Shown: one piece after another, positions 44,265-53,695 of the stretch | Numbering within the stretch: the stretch's first letter is position 1 | How the letters are laid out: each line of letters starts with the position of its first letter | The notes under the pieces: model-generated | Database searches by the model: none | Seen by the model: the letters and a program-made list of their open reading frames with translations, nothing else | What the model was told of the DNA's origin: nothing | From: a bacterium | GTDB taxonomy: Bacteria; Actinomycetota; Acidimicrobiia; Acidimicrobiales; Ilumatobacteraceae | DNA length: 55,967 nt | Assembly: GCA_037133935.1 (NCBI GenBank) | Contig: JBAXNF010000001.1 | Location: 1 to 55,967, forward strand | Direction: 5' to 3' | Translations under genes and position numbers: made by a program

Positions 44265-45551
44265 ATGAAACATTCGGCCGACCCCCATGGCCCGCTGCGT
44301 ATTGCTTACCTCACTTATCGTGGCAAGCCCCACGTTGGTGGACAAGGCGTATACACCCGTCACCTCACCAAGGCCTTGGCCGACTTAGGGCACCATGTTG
44401 AAGTTTTTGGCGGGCAGCCGTACCCCATTCTCGACCCCCGCGTAGCCCTTCACCAGTTACCCAGCCTCGATATTTTCAACGACCAGTACCCCGGTCGTTT
44501 TCCGGCTTATTGGGAACTCAACAACCTTCCCAACATCGTTGAGGCTGCACAGTTTCTCAAAGGCACCTTTGGTGAGCCAAAGGCTTTCAGCATGCGTGCA
44601 TACCGCGAACTGAAAAAACGAGTAAACGATTTCGACTTGGTGCACGACAACCAGTGCTTGGGCACCGACATTCTCAAAATAGAAAAAATCATTCCCACCA
44701 TCGTCACTCTGCATCACCCCATTACCAAAGATCGCAAATTAGAGATGAGCCACACGAAGAGTCGTTACAAGCGATTCGGAATTGGCCGCTGGTATTCATT
44801 TGTGGAAATGCAAGGCAAAGTTGCTTCCAAAATGCCACGCATTGTTGTGGTCAGCGAGAACTCCATCAACGACATCCACACCGATATGGGTGTGAGCAAA
44901 GACCGCATGCGTCTTGTTCCAGTAGGTGTTGACCCCGAGTTATTCCGTCCGCTTCCTGAAGTGCAACGCAAACCAGGTCAACTCATTACCACCGCATCTG
45001 CCGACGTGGCGCTGAAGGGTCTTTCATACTTGTTGGAAGCACTTGCGAAGCTGCGTACTGAACGCGATGTGCGACTCACCATTATTGGAAAACCAAAAGC
45101 AGGTCATAGCGCCGACCTCATTGCGTCGCTTGGCCTGACCGATGCAATTGACTTTGTTTCTGGTGTGAGCGACGAACGAATTGTGGAACTATACGCAGAG
45201 GCTCAACTTGCCGTGGTTCCAAGCCTCTATGAGGGCTTCAGTCTTCCCGCAATTGAAGCAATGAGTACAGGAATTTGCCTTGTTGCTACCGATGGTGGTG
45301 CGCTACCTGAAGTCACAGGAACAGATGGCGAAACCGTACTGCAGTGCCCTGCAGGCGATGCCGAGGCATTAGCAGCAGCAATTCGGCGAGGCCTCGACGA
45401 CGCAACTTTGCGTGAGCGCATTGGTCTTGCAGGTCGTGAACGCGTTGCAAGCCGGTGGAGTTGGAAACATTGTGCACAACTCACTGTTGAGCAATATCGC
45501 GAAGTACTCGACATGCCCCACAACCGCATCCGACGCCGAAGTGGTAAATAA
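44265..45551 (+). CDS. GT-B glycosyltransferase, family 4-like
   Basis: N-terminal HVGGQGVYTRHL, C-terminal EGFSLPAIEAMSTGICLVATDGGALPEV (E-x7-E type region). Confidence 0.85.
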   Translation: MKHSADPHGPLRIAYLTYRGKPHVGGQGVYTRHLTKALADLGHHVEVFGGQPYPILDPRVALHQLPSLDIFNDQYPGRFPAYWELNNLPNIVEAAQFLKGTFGEPKAFSMRAYRELKKRVNDFDLVHDNQCLGTDILKIEKIIPTIVTLHHPITKDRKLEMSHTKSRYKRFGIGRWYSFVEMQGKVASKMPRIVVVSENSINDIHTDMGVSKDRMRLVPVGVDPELFRPLPEVQRKPGQLITTASADVALKGLSYLLEALAKLRTERDVRLTIIGKPKAGHSADLIASLGLTDAIDFVSGVSDERIVELYAEAQLAVVPSLYEGFSLPAIEAMSTGICLVATDGGALPEVTGTDGETVLQCPAGDAEALAAAIRRGLDDATLRERIGLAGRERVASRWSWKHCAQLTVEQYREVLDMPHNRIRRRSGK

Positions 45552-45553
45552 AA

Positions 45554-46291
45554 ATGCTTACCCTGAAATTCTCTGAGCTTCAATTACAACCTGGGCACCT
45601 TTTTCTCGATGCAGGAGCTGGTTTTGGCCGTCACGCATTTGAAGCCGCTCGCTTGGGAGCCAAAGTGGTTGCGCTTGATTATGCATCAGACGAAGTGGTC
45701 GCTACTCGCAATACTTTTGCCGCAATGGCGGAAGCTGGTGAAATTTCAGCCGATCAATTCATTGCCTGCCTGCGTGGCGATGCAACTCGGCTTCCTTTTG
45801 CCGACAATACATTTGACCGCATAGTTACATCGGAAGTGCTTGAACACATTCATGCTGACACGGCAGCAATTGCCGAGCTGTACCGCGTGCTGAAGCCAGG
45901 TGGAATACTCGGCGTCACTGTTCCGACTTGGTGGCCAGAGAAAATTAACTGGATGCTTTCCGACGAGTACTACGCACCAAAATCGGTGGGTGGCCATGTT
46001 CGTATTTACAGCGCAACAGAATTGAAGGCAAAACTGCGCACAGCAGGACTCACAATAAAGAGTCAACACCATGCACATGCATTGCATAGCCCCTACTGGT
46101 GGTTGCGCTGTGCTGTTGGGCCGCGCAACGAAGAACACAAAGCTGTTCAGGCTTATAAGAAATTTCTCGAGTGGGACATCATGAAACGTCCTACATCCAC
46201 CAAGTACGCAGAACGAATTCTGAGCCCCCTCCTTGGGAAGAGCTACGTGGTGTACTCCCAAAAATCACATGACTATGCGCGGGCAGTATGA
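45554..46291 (+). CDS. Class I SAM-dependent methyltransferase
   Basis: Motif I FLDAGAGFGRH, acidic loop VALDYA, post-I LKPGGILGVTVP. It starts 2 nt after the GT4 stop. Confidence 0.85.
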   Translation: MLTLKFSELQLQPGHLFLDAGAGFGRHAFEAARLGAKVVALDYASDEVVATRNTFAAMAEAGEISADQFIACLRGDATRLPFADNTFDRIVTSEVLEHIHADTAAIAELYRVLKPGGILGVTVPTWWPEKINWMLSDEYYAPKSVGGHVRIYSATELKAKLRTAGLTIKSQHHAHALHSPYWWLRCAVGPRNEEHKAVQAYKKFLEWDIMKRPTSTKYAERILSPLLGKSYVVYSQKSHDYARAV

Positions 46292-47316
46292 ATCACACCA
46301 TCAATATTCCCGGTGTCATCTCGCATGACGAACTCGTACAAACTGCAGCATCAATTGCAAATCTCCAACTTCCCAGTGGAATGATTCCTTGGAATACTGG
46401 CGGGCACTGCGACCCGTGGAATCACGTGGAAACTGCGATGGCACTCGACACCCTCGGGTTGCATCACGAAGCGCGCCATGCATACGAATGGCTTGCCGAT
46501 GTTCAGCGCAGCGATGGCTCTTGGCACAACTATTACCACTCCGATGGAAGTGTGAAAGAAGCAAAACTCGATACCAACGTATGTGCGTATATGGCTGCCG
46601 GACTCTGGCATCACTGGCTGTGCACTGGCGATAAAAAGACCTTGCACTCATTGTGGCCAACAGCAAAAGCTGCGCTGCAGTGGGTGTTGTCTATGCGGCG
46701 TCCCGACGGAACAATTCTGTGGGCCAAAGAAGTCGACGAGTCCCCATGGGACTATGCACTTCTCACTGGGTCGTGCTCTATTCGACATTCGTTGCGGTGT
46801 GGCGCAATGGTCGCTGCACTTCTCGATGACCACGCCGATATTTATTTGCGCGCTGCCGATGCCATTGATGACGTCGTGCGTTCCAACCTCATTGCTTTTG
46901 AACCAAAAGAACGCTTTGCTATGGACTGGTACTACCCCATTCTCACAGGCGCAAAAGAATCTGTTCAAGCAAAAGATCGCCTCGCAATGTTTTACGACAC
47001 TTTTGTGATGGAAGGTCTTGGAGTGCGCTGTGTGAGCGACGAACCATGGGTCACCGCAGCCGAAACTGCAGAATGCTCATTGTCTTATGCCGCCATTGGC
47101 GATTTAGACACAGCGAAAAAACTTTTACAGTGGACTCGCCCACATCGCACCGCCGACGGGTCTTACCTCACGGGAATTGTGCACCCACAACTCATTTCAT
47201 TTCCTGAAAATGAATGCACGGCGTACACGGGTGCCGCAATCATCTTGGCTGCCGATGCAATTGCTAATACTTCACCGGGTGCTCGACTTTTCATGCACGA
47301 CAGTTTTTCAGATTAG
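46288..47316 (+). CDS. Prenyltransferase / terpenoid-cyclase-like (alpha-alpha toroid, QW-type repeats) protein
   Basis: Repeated Q/R-x-x-DG-(S/T)-(W/Y/I) motifs (QRSDGSWHNYY, RRPDGTILWAK, HRTADGSYLTG). ATGA overlap with the methyltransferase stop. Confidence 0.5.
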   Translation: MNHTINIPGVISHDELVQTAASIANLQLPSGMIPWNTGGHCDPWNHVETAMALDTLGLHHEARHAYEWLADVQRSDGSWHNYYHSDGSVKEAKLDTNVCAYMAAGLWHHWLCTGDKKTLHSLWPTAKAALQWVLSMRRPDGTILWAKEVDESPWDYALLTGSCSIRHSLRCGAMVAALLDDHADIYLRAADAIDDVVRSNLIAFEPKERFAMDWYYPILTGAKESVQAKDRLAMFYDTFVMEGLGVRCVSDEPWVTAAETAECSLSYAAIGDLDTAKKLLQWTRPHRTADGSYLTGIVHPQLISFPENECTAYTGAAIILAADAIANTSPGARLFMHDSFSD

Positions 47317-47327
47317 AAAACTGAAAT

Positions 47328-47963
47328 TCACTGTCGCTGTAAAACTCGCAAACTTCCCGTTGCGCTGACTTCAACAAATTTTCCACTTGCGAGAGCTGGT
47401 AAGTAAATGTCTTCATACGGTGGGCGGCCACCATCGGCCGGGTTGGGAAATACATCGTGAATTGCCAACAAGCCGCCCGCCATTACATGTGGCGTCCAAA
47501 ACGCATAGTCCGCACGCGCGGGCTCAACACCGTGTCCACCATCAATGAATAAGAAGCTCAACGGGGTTGTCCAGCGTTCGGCAACGGTAGGTGAATGCCC
47601 TACTACTGCAATCACCACATCGTTGAGTTCGGCATCGGTAATAGTTCGTTGGAAGGTGGGCAAAGTGTTGAGCCTGCCGGTATGTGCATCGACCAGTGTG
47701 ATGTCGTGCGACTCCCAACCTGGCTGATTTTCTTCGCTGCCTTGATGATGGTCTACCGCAAAAAGAACACTGCCATTTTCACGCGCCGCAGCGCCTAACC
47801 AAATAGTTGACCTGCCGCAATACGACCCCACTTCAAGCATGGGTGCATGTGCTATGTCAGAAGCAAGAGATACCGCAGCGTTGAATAACGCATCACCTTC
47901 TTCTTCTGGCATGAACCCCTTTGCCGCCACTGCATGGCGACGCAGATTGGCGTGAATTACCAA
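47328..47963 (-). CDS. Class I SAM-dependent methyltransferase (Methyltransf_24 / O-MT family-3-like)
   Basis: MLEVGSYCGRSTIWLG (motif I), FIDGGHG, and the short 211-aa size. Confidence 0.7.
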   Translation of the reverse strand: MVIHANLRRHAVAAKGFMPEEEGDALFNAAVSLASDIAHAPMLEVGSYCGRSTIWLGAAARENGSVLFAVDHHQGSEENQPGWESHDITLVDAHTGRLNTLPTFQRTITDAELNDVVIAVVGHSPTVAERWTTPLSFLFIDGGHGVEPARADYAFWTPHVMAGGLLAIHDVFPNPADGGRPPYEDIYLPALASGKFVEVSATGSLRVLQRQ

Positions 47964-48616
47964 CGGTCCCAGTGCAAGATGCTGTCTACTGATGGTCGAG
48001 CGGCTGCTTTGAAATCAGTTCCTTTGGTGTAAGCCAATGGCGACAAGCACACTTGCTGCACGGTGTCGAAAGGAATGTCTAGAATATCGGCAACTTGCTG
48101 TTCCATCATGAGGTGCACAGTGGTCCAAGCGGTTCCAAGCCCACGCGCACGTGCTGCCAGCATGAATGACCACATGCCTGGCAAAATGTTGCCAAGCATC
48201 GATGCCGACATCATTGCTGGCGCACCATCGAGTCGAGCTCCTTGTGTGCAACCAATGATGAGCGCAGGCGCATCGCCCATGTGCTCACCTAAGAAGTCGG
48301 CAGAGTCTGCAGAACGCTTTTGCTGATCATTTGCACTGGTTTCGCCCTTATCGATGGAACCGATGTACACACCGTCCATTGACTTGTACATGGAATAGCA
48401 CTGTTGGTATACATCGCCCACTGCTTTTCGCTTGGCGGCATCTTTCACCACGATGAATCCCATGGTCATCATGTTGCTGCCCGAAGGTGACTGCATGGCA
48501 GCAGTTGCACACTCGCGGATGAGCTCATCGGGAACGGGCTTGGAGAAATCGAGGCGCTTGCGTACTGCGCGCGTGGTGGACAAGAGCTGATCTGGAGTTA
48601 AAGGAAGTAAAGACAC
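47957..48616 (-). CDS. Nitroreductase-family flavoprotein
   Basis: RAVRKRLDFSKPVPDELIRECATAAMQSPSGSNMM matches the nitroreductase N-terminal signature. GTG start. Confidence 0.8.
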   Translation of the reverse strand: MSLLPLTPDQLLSTTRAVRKRLDFSKPVPDELIRECATAAMQSPSGSNMMTMGFIVVKDAAKRKAVGDVYQQCYSMYKSMDGVYIGSIDKGETSANDQQKRSADSADFLGEHMGDAPALIIGCTQGARLDGAPAMMSASMLGNILPGMWSFMLAARARGLGTAWTTVHLMMEQQVADILDIPFDTVQQVCLSPLAYTKGTDFKAAARPSVDSILHWDRW

Positions 48617-48643
48617 AGACGAAATGGTAGCCCTTTTTTAGCG

Positions 48644-49858
48644 CTACACGAGAGGTAAAAGTGCATTTGCTCGGGCAACATTGCCCAGCCAGCGACCACT
48701 TGGTTTGATATGCCGCTCTTGTGTTTCCCGATTAACCCCAACGAGACCAAAGGTCGGCCCGTACCCATAGGCCCATTCAAAATTATCGAGCAAACTCCAA
48801 TACATATAACCCTCCACTGGGATGCCATCAGCAATGCAGCGCAAAACGCATCGCAATGCCTCATTGACGTATTCCACACGTTCTTGGTCATTCACTACTG
48901 CAATACCATTTTCGGTGACCATGATGGGCACGCCTCGTGTTTCGGTATAGGCACGACGAATGGTGGCCTCTAAAGCTTGGGGGTAGTACTCGTAGCCCAT
49001 GATGGTGAGTCGGGAATCGGGGTCTGGTTTCATCCGACCCTGCGCATTGAATCTTTCGCGCGTGTAGGTCTGCACGCCGAAAAAATCATCACCAATAGCG
49101 GCTTCAAGAAAACATGTCTCGAGGCCATCGAAACCGTTCTGGCGTTTTGCATGAGCCATTGCAATTTCATCTGGGTTTTCAGATTGTTCATCAACTTGGA
49201 ATTCCGCCATTGCCAGCGTGAGGCCAATGGGCGCAGAAGAAATAGATTTCACTGCATCGCGCGACTTGATATGGGCATCACAAAAAACTGCGTTGACGGT
49301 ATCTCTTGATGATCTACTGCGTTTGCCAGGAGGAAATTGCCCAATGAGATACCCAATGGTGGAAACCATGTTTGGTTCGTTGATAGTGCACCAACGCGCA
49401 ACATCACTGCCCATAAATTGTGCAACTTTTGCGCTGTAACGAGCAAAGAGATCTGCAGTGCGAGGGTTTTCCCACCCACCAAGAGCCGCAACCCACAGTG
49501 GTGTTGTGAAGTGATGCAATGTCACAATGGGCTGTACCCCATTTTCCCAACACGCGGCAATAACACGTTTGTAATGCTGCAAAGCAGCCTGTGAAAACTC
49601 ACCTTCGGCTGGCTCTACACGCGACCACTCGATGCTGAAGCGATATGCCTGCAAACCAAGATCAGCGATGAGCTTGATGTCATTTGGGTACAAGTGATAC
49701 TGGTCGCAACAATCGCCACTCGGTTCTTTACATGGCGTATCGGCACGGTGTTCCCACTCCCACCAATCGTTATTGGTGTTGTTTCCCTCCACTTGATGCG
49801 CTGCTGTGGCAGTGCCCCACAGAAACCCTTTGGGAAATGAAGTTTGAGTGTTTTCCAT
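48644..49858 (-). CDS. GH1 beta-glucosidase
   Basis: FPKGFLWGTATAAHQVEG, TINEPN (acid/base Glu), VTENG (nucleophile Glu), WSLLDNFEW. Confidence 0.92.
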   Translation of the reverse strand: MENTQTSFPKGFLWGTATAAHQVEGNNTNNDWWEWEHRADTPCKEPSGDCCDQYHLYPNDIKLIADLGLQAYRFSIEWSRVEPAEGEFSQAALQHYKRVIAACWENGVQPIVTLHHFTTPLWVAALGGWENPRTADLFARYSAKVAQFMGSDVARWCTINEPNMVSTIGYLIGQFPPGKRSRSSRDTVNAVFCDAHIKSRDAVKSISSAPIGLTLAMAEFQVDEQSENPDEIAMAHAKRQNGFDGLETCFLEAAIGDDFFGVQTYTRERFNAQGRMKPDPDSRLTIMGYEYYPQALEATIRRAYTETRGVPIMVTENGIAVVNDQERVEYVNEALRCVLRCIADGIPVEGYMYWSLLDNFEWAYGYGPTFGLVGVNRETQERHIKPSGRWLGNVARANALLPLV

Positions 49859-49947
49859 AAGTACCTACTGTAGATCAGCATCGCGAGAGGTGAATTCTCG
49901 GAAATGAGCAGAGTTTTTTACCCCAAAAAGTGGCAACATAGAGGAAC

Positions 49948-50808
49948 ATGAATTCTTCACTCAATGACCTTGTCGATCTCTTGGATCTTGAACCCATTGA
50001 GGTCAATATCTTTCGCGGAAAATCACCCGATGAAAACCGCCAACGTGTCTTTGGTGGGCAAGTTGCTGGCCAGGCTCTTGTTGCTGCCGCTCGCACGGTT
50101 GATGAAACCGACCGCCAAGTTCATTCGCTCCATGCATATTTCTTGCGGCCCGGCGACCCTGGCAAACCTATTTTGTATGAGGTAGACCGCCTCCGCGATG
50201 GACGCAGTTTCACCACCCGCCGCGTGGTTGCCATTCAGCATGGCAAAGTTATTTTCAACTTGCAGGCTTCGTTTCACACCGTTGAGCCAGGCGCCGAACA
50301 TCAAATTAAGGGTCCATCGGGCGTACCAGACCCAGAGACACTCCCCGACTTCAAAGAGCGCATGGCTCCATATAAAGACATCATCGGCGAGTGGTACGAC
50401 CGTCCGCGCCCTATCGACCTGCGCTATGTCGACTCTGACCCATTTGCTCGTGAAGGGAACCCCTCGCTCGGACAACGAGTTTGGATGCGCGCCGACGGAC
50501 GACTTCCCGATGACCAGGTTTTGCACACGTGCATCGCAACATATGCGAGCGATTTCACGCTGCTCGATACCACCTTGTTGCCACACGGACTCTCGTGGAA
50601 CTCCAAGGGAGTGCAAATGGCAAGTCTTGACCATGCCATGTGGTTTCACCGCCCGTTCCGCGCCGATGAATGGATGCTCTACGACCAGTACTCCATTTCA
50701 ACATCAAATGCACGAGGCCTTGCTGGTGGCTCTATTTACACTGCTAGTGGCGAACTCGCTGTGACTGTCATTCAAGAAGGACTCATACGCATCAACCACG
50801 ATGCATAA
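49948..50808 (+). CDS. tesB: Acyl-CoA thioesterase II
   Basis: Double hot-dog TesB-like translation (LLDLEPIEVNIFRG, RVFGGQVAGQAL, HSLHAYFLRPGD, DGRSFTTRRV, SLDHAMWFHRPF). Confidence 0.88.
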   Translation: MNSSLNDLVDLLDLEPIEVNIFRGKSPDENRQRVFGGQVAGQALVAAARTVDETDRQVHSLHAYFLRPGDPGKPILYEVDRLRDGRSFTTRRVVAIQHGKVIFNLQASFHTVEPGAEHQIKGPSGVPDPETLPDFKERMAPYKDIIGEWYDRPRPIDLRYVDSDPFAREGNPSLGQRVWMRADGRLPDDQVLHTCIATYASDFTLLDTTLLPHGLSWNSKGVQMASLDHAMWFHRPFRADEWMLYDQYSISTSNARGLAGGSIYTASGELAVTVIQEGLIRINHDA

Positions 50809-51880
50809 AAAACTGCTCTTACTTGGGGCATTGCTCAGTGCAACATGTCTACTGAGTGTGTTGCCAGTTTCGGCTAGCGCAAACAGCACCAAACTTGTTC
50901 TTGTTGCTCAAGCAAAACTGCCTGTTGATATTGCTACACGCATCAATGACCCCGCGCTATACATTGCCGAACAAGATGGCCTTGTGCAACGAATAGTCAA
51001 AGGCAAGAAAACTATTGCTTTAGACCTGAGGAAATACACATCGGCGAGCGGAGAACGCGGACTTTTAGGAATTGTTTTTCATCCCAATGGCAAATATTTG
51101 TATGTCAACTACACCAACCAGCAAGGAAATACAGAAGTAGTTCGCTACGCGATGACTACAGCCAACACTGCAAACATTTCAACGCGCACGGTATTGCTTA
51201 CCGTGAAACAGCCCTATGCCAACCACAATGGTGGCGGTCTGGCTTTTGGGCCAGAGAGTCGTCTCTACGTTGGCACGGGCGATGGTGGTTCTGGTGGGGA
51301 CCCACAACGTGTGGCACTACAAACAAGCTCTCCATTGGGAAAGATTCTTTCGCTCTCGCCCACCGCAAAAAATGAAAAGGCAAATGACCTCAAGGTGTGG
51401 TCGCGCGGGCTGCGCAACCCATGGCGTTTCGAGTTTGACTCTGCGAATAATTTATGGATTGCAGATGTCGGGCAAAATATGTGGGAAGAAGTGAACGTTG
51501 CCTGGGCCGCAAAAGGTGCTGGCAAGAACATCAGTTTCGGTTGGAGCGCCTGGGAAGCTAACACCCGCTTCAACGAAGATGAACCTGCACAACCTCATCA
51601 AAAGCCCGTTTTTACGTACAAACACGGTGATGCTGGCTGCTCTATTTCTGGCGGTACACGAGTTCGCGACCCGCAACTACCCGCTTGGAAAGACTGGTTT
51701 ATTTTTGGTGACTACTGCAGCGGACGAATTACTGCAATTTGGGTGTCTGGTCAAACCACGCAAAAACAAACCATCGTGCAGCGTGATGTTGGATCAATTA
51801 CTGCCGTACGAAGCACTACACAGGGAAAAGTTTTCGTACTCACCTTGGACGGCAAAGTTTTACAACTAATTCAAGGCTAA
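50801..51880 (+). CDS. Secreted PQQ-dependent sugar (glucose/sorbosone) dehydrogenase-like beta-propeller
   Basis: Signal peptide. ERGLLGIVFHP, NHNGGGLAFGP, GDGGSGGDP, GLRNPWRFEFD, DVGQNMWEEV. Confidence 0.82.
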   Translation: MHKKLLLLGALLSATCLLSVLPVSASANSTKLVLVAQAKLPVDIATRINDPALYIAEQDGLVQRIVKGKKTIALDLRKYTSASGERGLLGIVFHPNGKYLYVNYTNQQGNTEVVRYAMTTANTANISTRTVLLTVKQPYANHNGGGLAFGPESRLYVGTGDGGSGGDPQRVALQTSSPLGKILSLSPTAKNEKANDLKVWSRGLRNPWRFEFDSANNLWIADVGQNMWEEVNVAWAAKGAGKNISFGWSAWEANTRFNEDEPAQPHQKPVFTYKHGDAGCSISGGTRVRDPQLPAWKDWFIFGDYCSGRITAIWVSGQTTQKQTIVQRDVGSITAVRSTTQGKVFVLTLDGKVLQLIQG

Positions 51881-51883
51881 GTA

Positions 51884-52888
51884 TTAGCGGCGAGCGCTCA
51901 TGAACATACTGCGCAGCACTTGATAGTTCTCTACGCAGTGTCCGGCACCCAACACCACTGCTTCTAGCGGCATTGGCGACATGCGCACGGGAACATCGGT
52001 TTCTTTTTCAATACGTTGTGCAAGACCGCGCAATAACCCGCCGCCACCCACTAGGTACATACCGCGCTGCAGAAAATCTTGCGCCATTTCTGGCGGCACT
52101 TTTGACAAGCAGCGCGTTACCGAGTTCACAATTTGAGACACCACTTCATCGATGGCAAAACGTACTTCTTCTGGGGTCAACATAATATTTTTTGGCAGGC
52201 CTGTAACAAGGTCGCGCCCACGTACTTGCGCGCCACGTTCATTTGGCATTGGTGTGGCGGTGCCAATTTGAATTTTGATGTCTTCTGCTGTGCGTTCACC
52301 AATAGCTATTCCGTGTTCGCGACGCACATAAGTTTGAATTGCTGCGTCAATGTCGAAACTGCCCACGCGAATTGCTTCAAGGGCAACCACACCACCAAGA
52401 GAAATGACCGCGGTTTCGCTGGTTCCGCCCCCAATATCGATGATCATGTTTCCCACAGGTTCGTCGATGGGCAACTCGGCGCCAATTGCTGCCGCCATTG
52501 GCTGCTCAATGAGCTGCGCTTCGGAAGCTCCTGCCCGACGCGTGGCGTCGGTAACCGCGCGGCGTTCTACTTCCGTAATTGCCGACGGCACACAAATAAC
52601 CACTTTTGGCCGAGTAAAACGAGAAACGCCAACACGCTGCAATAACAATCGAATCATCCGCTCGGTGATATCGAAGTCGGTAATGGCGCCACCGCGTAAT
52701 GGGCGAACGGCCACGATGTACCCCGGTGTACGACCAATCATGTTCCATGCTTCATGGCCAGTTGCCAGCACCTCACCCGTTTTACGGTTGACTGCGATAA
52801 CCGACGGTTCGTTGAGCACGATGCCCTTACCCTTCATATATACAAGGGTGTTGGCGGTGCCAAGGTCTATTGCAAGGTCGCGTGCCAT
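51884..52888 (-). CDS. mreB: Rod-shape-determining actin-like protein MreB
   Basis: DLAIDLGTANTLVY, VICVPSAITEVERRA, IIDIGGGTSE and LVGGGGLLRGL are classic MreB phosphate/adenosine motifs. Confidence 0.93.
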   Translation of the reverse strand: MARDLAIDLGTANTLVYMKGKGIVLNEPSVIAVNRKTGEVLATGHEAWNMIGRTPGYIVAVRPLRGGAITDFDITERMIRLLLQRVGVSRFTRPKVVICVPSAITEVERRAVTDATRRAGASEAQLIEQPMAAAIGAELPIDEPVGNMIIDIGGGTSETAVISLGGVVALEAIRVGSFDIDAAIQTYVRREHGIAIGERTAEDIKIQIGTATPMPNERGAQVRGRDLVTGLPKNIMLTPEEVRFAIDEVVSQIVNSVTRCLSKVPPEMAQDFLQRGMYLVGGGGLLRGLAQRIEKETDVPVRMSPMPLEAVVLGAGHCVENYQVLRSMFMSARR

Positions 52889-52912
52889 GAGATGTTTCTA
52901 GTGTACGCCGTA

Positions 52913-53131
52913 TTACAAGCGCGGTGAGCGACTCTGTCCAGAATCGTCATTTTTGATTTGACGGGCCACAACATTTCGCCGAGCATCGGGTGACAACGCA
53001 TCAATATGGCGTCGGAAATTATCGATGCCATCGTAAATTCCTGTCTTACGATTTTCGCGCAAAAGAATGATGCCCAGTGCAGCAGCACATAGCACTGCCA
53101 GAAAGGTGAAAATATACATTGCTGCTTGCAT
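52913..53131 (-). CDS. Small single-TM membrane protein (hypothetical)
   Basis: ORF between moaE and mreB. One hydrophobic helix (AAMYIFTFLAVLCAAALGIILL) is followed by a basic tail. The ATG at 53131 avoids overlap with moaE (track start 53146). No homology recognised. Confidence 0.35.
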   Translation of the reverse strand: MQAAMYIFTFLAVLCAAALGIILLRENRKTGIYDGIDNFRRHIDALSPDARRNVVARQIKNDDSGQSRSPRL

Positions 53132-53135
53132 GGCG

Positions 53136-53684
53136 TTATCGCGCACTTTCTGTTGTAGGCGAAGTTACTTGTCCGATGTCTTGACTACGTGTTCCCCAGT
53201 CGGAGCCGCCTGCCCATTCTTCTTTTTTCCAAATAGGAACAGAAGCCTTCAAAGCATCAATGCAAAAACGCGCTGCCTCGAAAGCCTCGGGACGATGGCC
53301 CGACGAAACGCACACAATGACAGCACTGTCGCCTAGCTCGAGGTCACCGAGTCGGTGGATCATGGCAATTCTTCCAATGCCCGTCCATGATTTTTGCGCT
53401 TCTTCTGCAATGGCGCGCATGCGAACAACGGCCTGTTCTTCATATGCTTCGTACGTTAACTTTTTCACCTCGTCACGCCCATCAGCATGATTGCGCATTG
53501 TGCCCGAAAAGAGAACGACCGCGCCGCAGCTTGGCAAAATGCTCCATTCGTATGCAGCAGTGACGGGCAAATCTTCATTTGTGACCGCGATCCAGAGCGA
53601 GGAATCGACAGGGCCGTGCACAAGGTCAGCGTACCTCTTCCACCCAATCATCTCTGCGTCATGTGTTTCACTTCGACGAGGCAT
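53136..53684 (-). CDS. moaE: Molybdopterin synthase catalytic subunit
   Basis: GAVVLFSGTMRNH...LTYEAYEEQA...IAMIHRLGDLELGDSAVIVCVSSGHRPEAFEAARFCIDALKASVPIWKKE is MoaE-like. The N-terminus may be shorter (ATG at Met12). Confidence 0.85.
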   Translation of the reverse strand: MPRRSETHDAEMIGWKRYADLVHGPVDSSLWIAVTNEDLPVTAAYEWSILPSCGAVVLFSGTMRNHADGRDEVKKLTYEAYEEQAVVRMRAIAEEAQKSWTGIGRIAMIHRLGDLELGDSAVIVCVSSGHRPEAFEAARFCIDALKASVPIWKKEEWAGGSDWGTRSQDIGQVTSPTTESAR

Positions 53685-53695
53685 AACATCGCCCT

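Noticed and set aside
45746-46261. 171-aa minus-strand ORF inside the methyltransferase gene. Similar antisense ORFs lie opposite tesB (50023-50649), mreB (52133-52901), gatA (34620-35066) and gatB (32678-33242).
   Set aside because: Each lies opposite a gene with clear family motifs, and none has features of real proteins.
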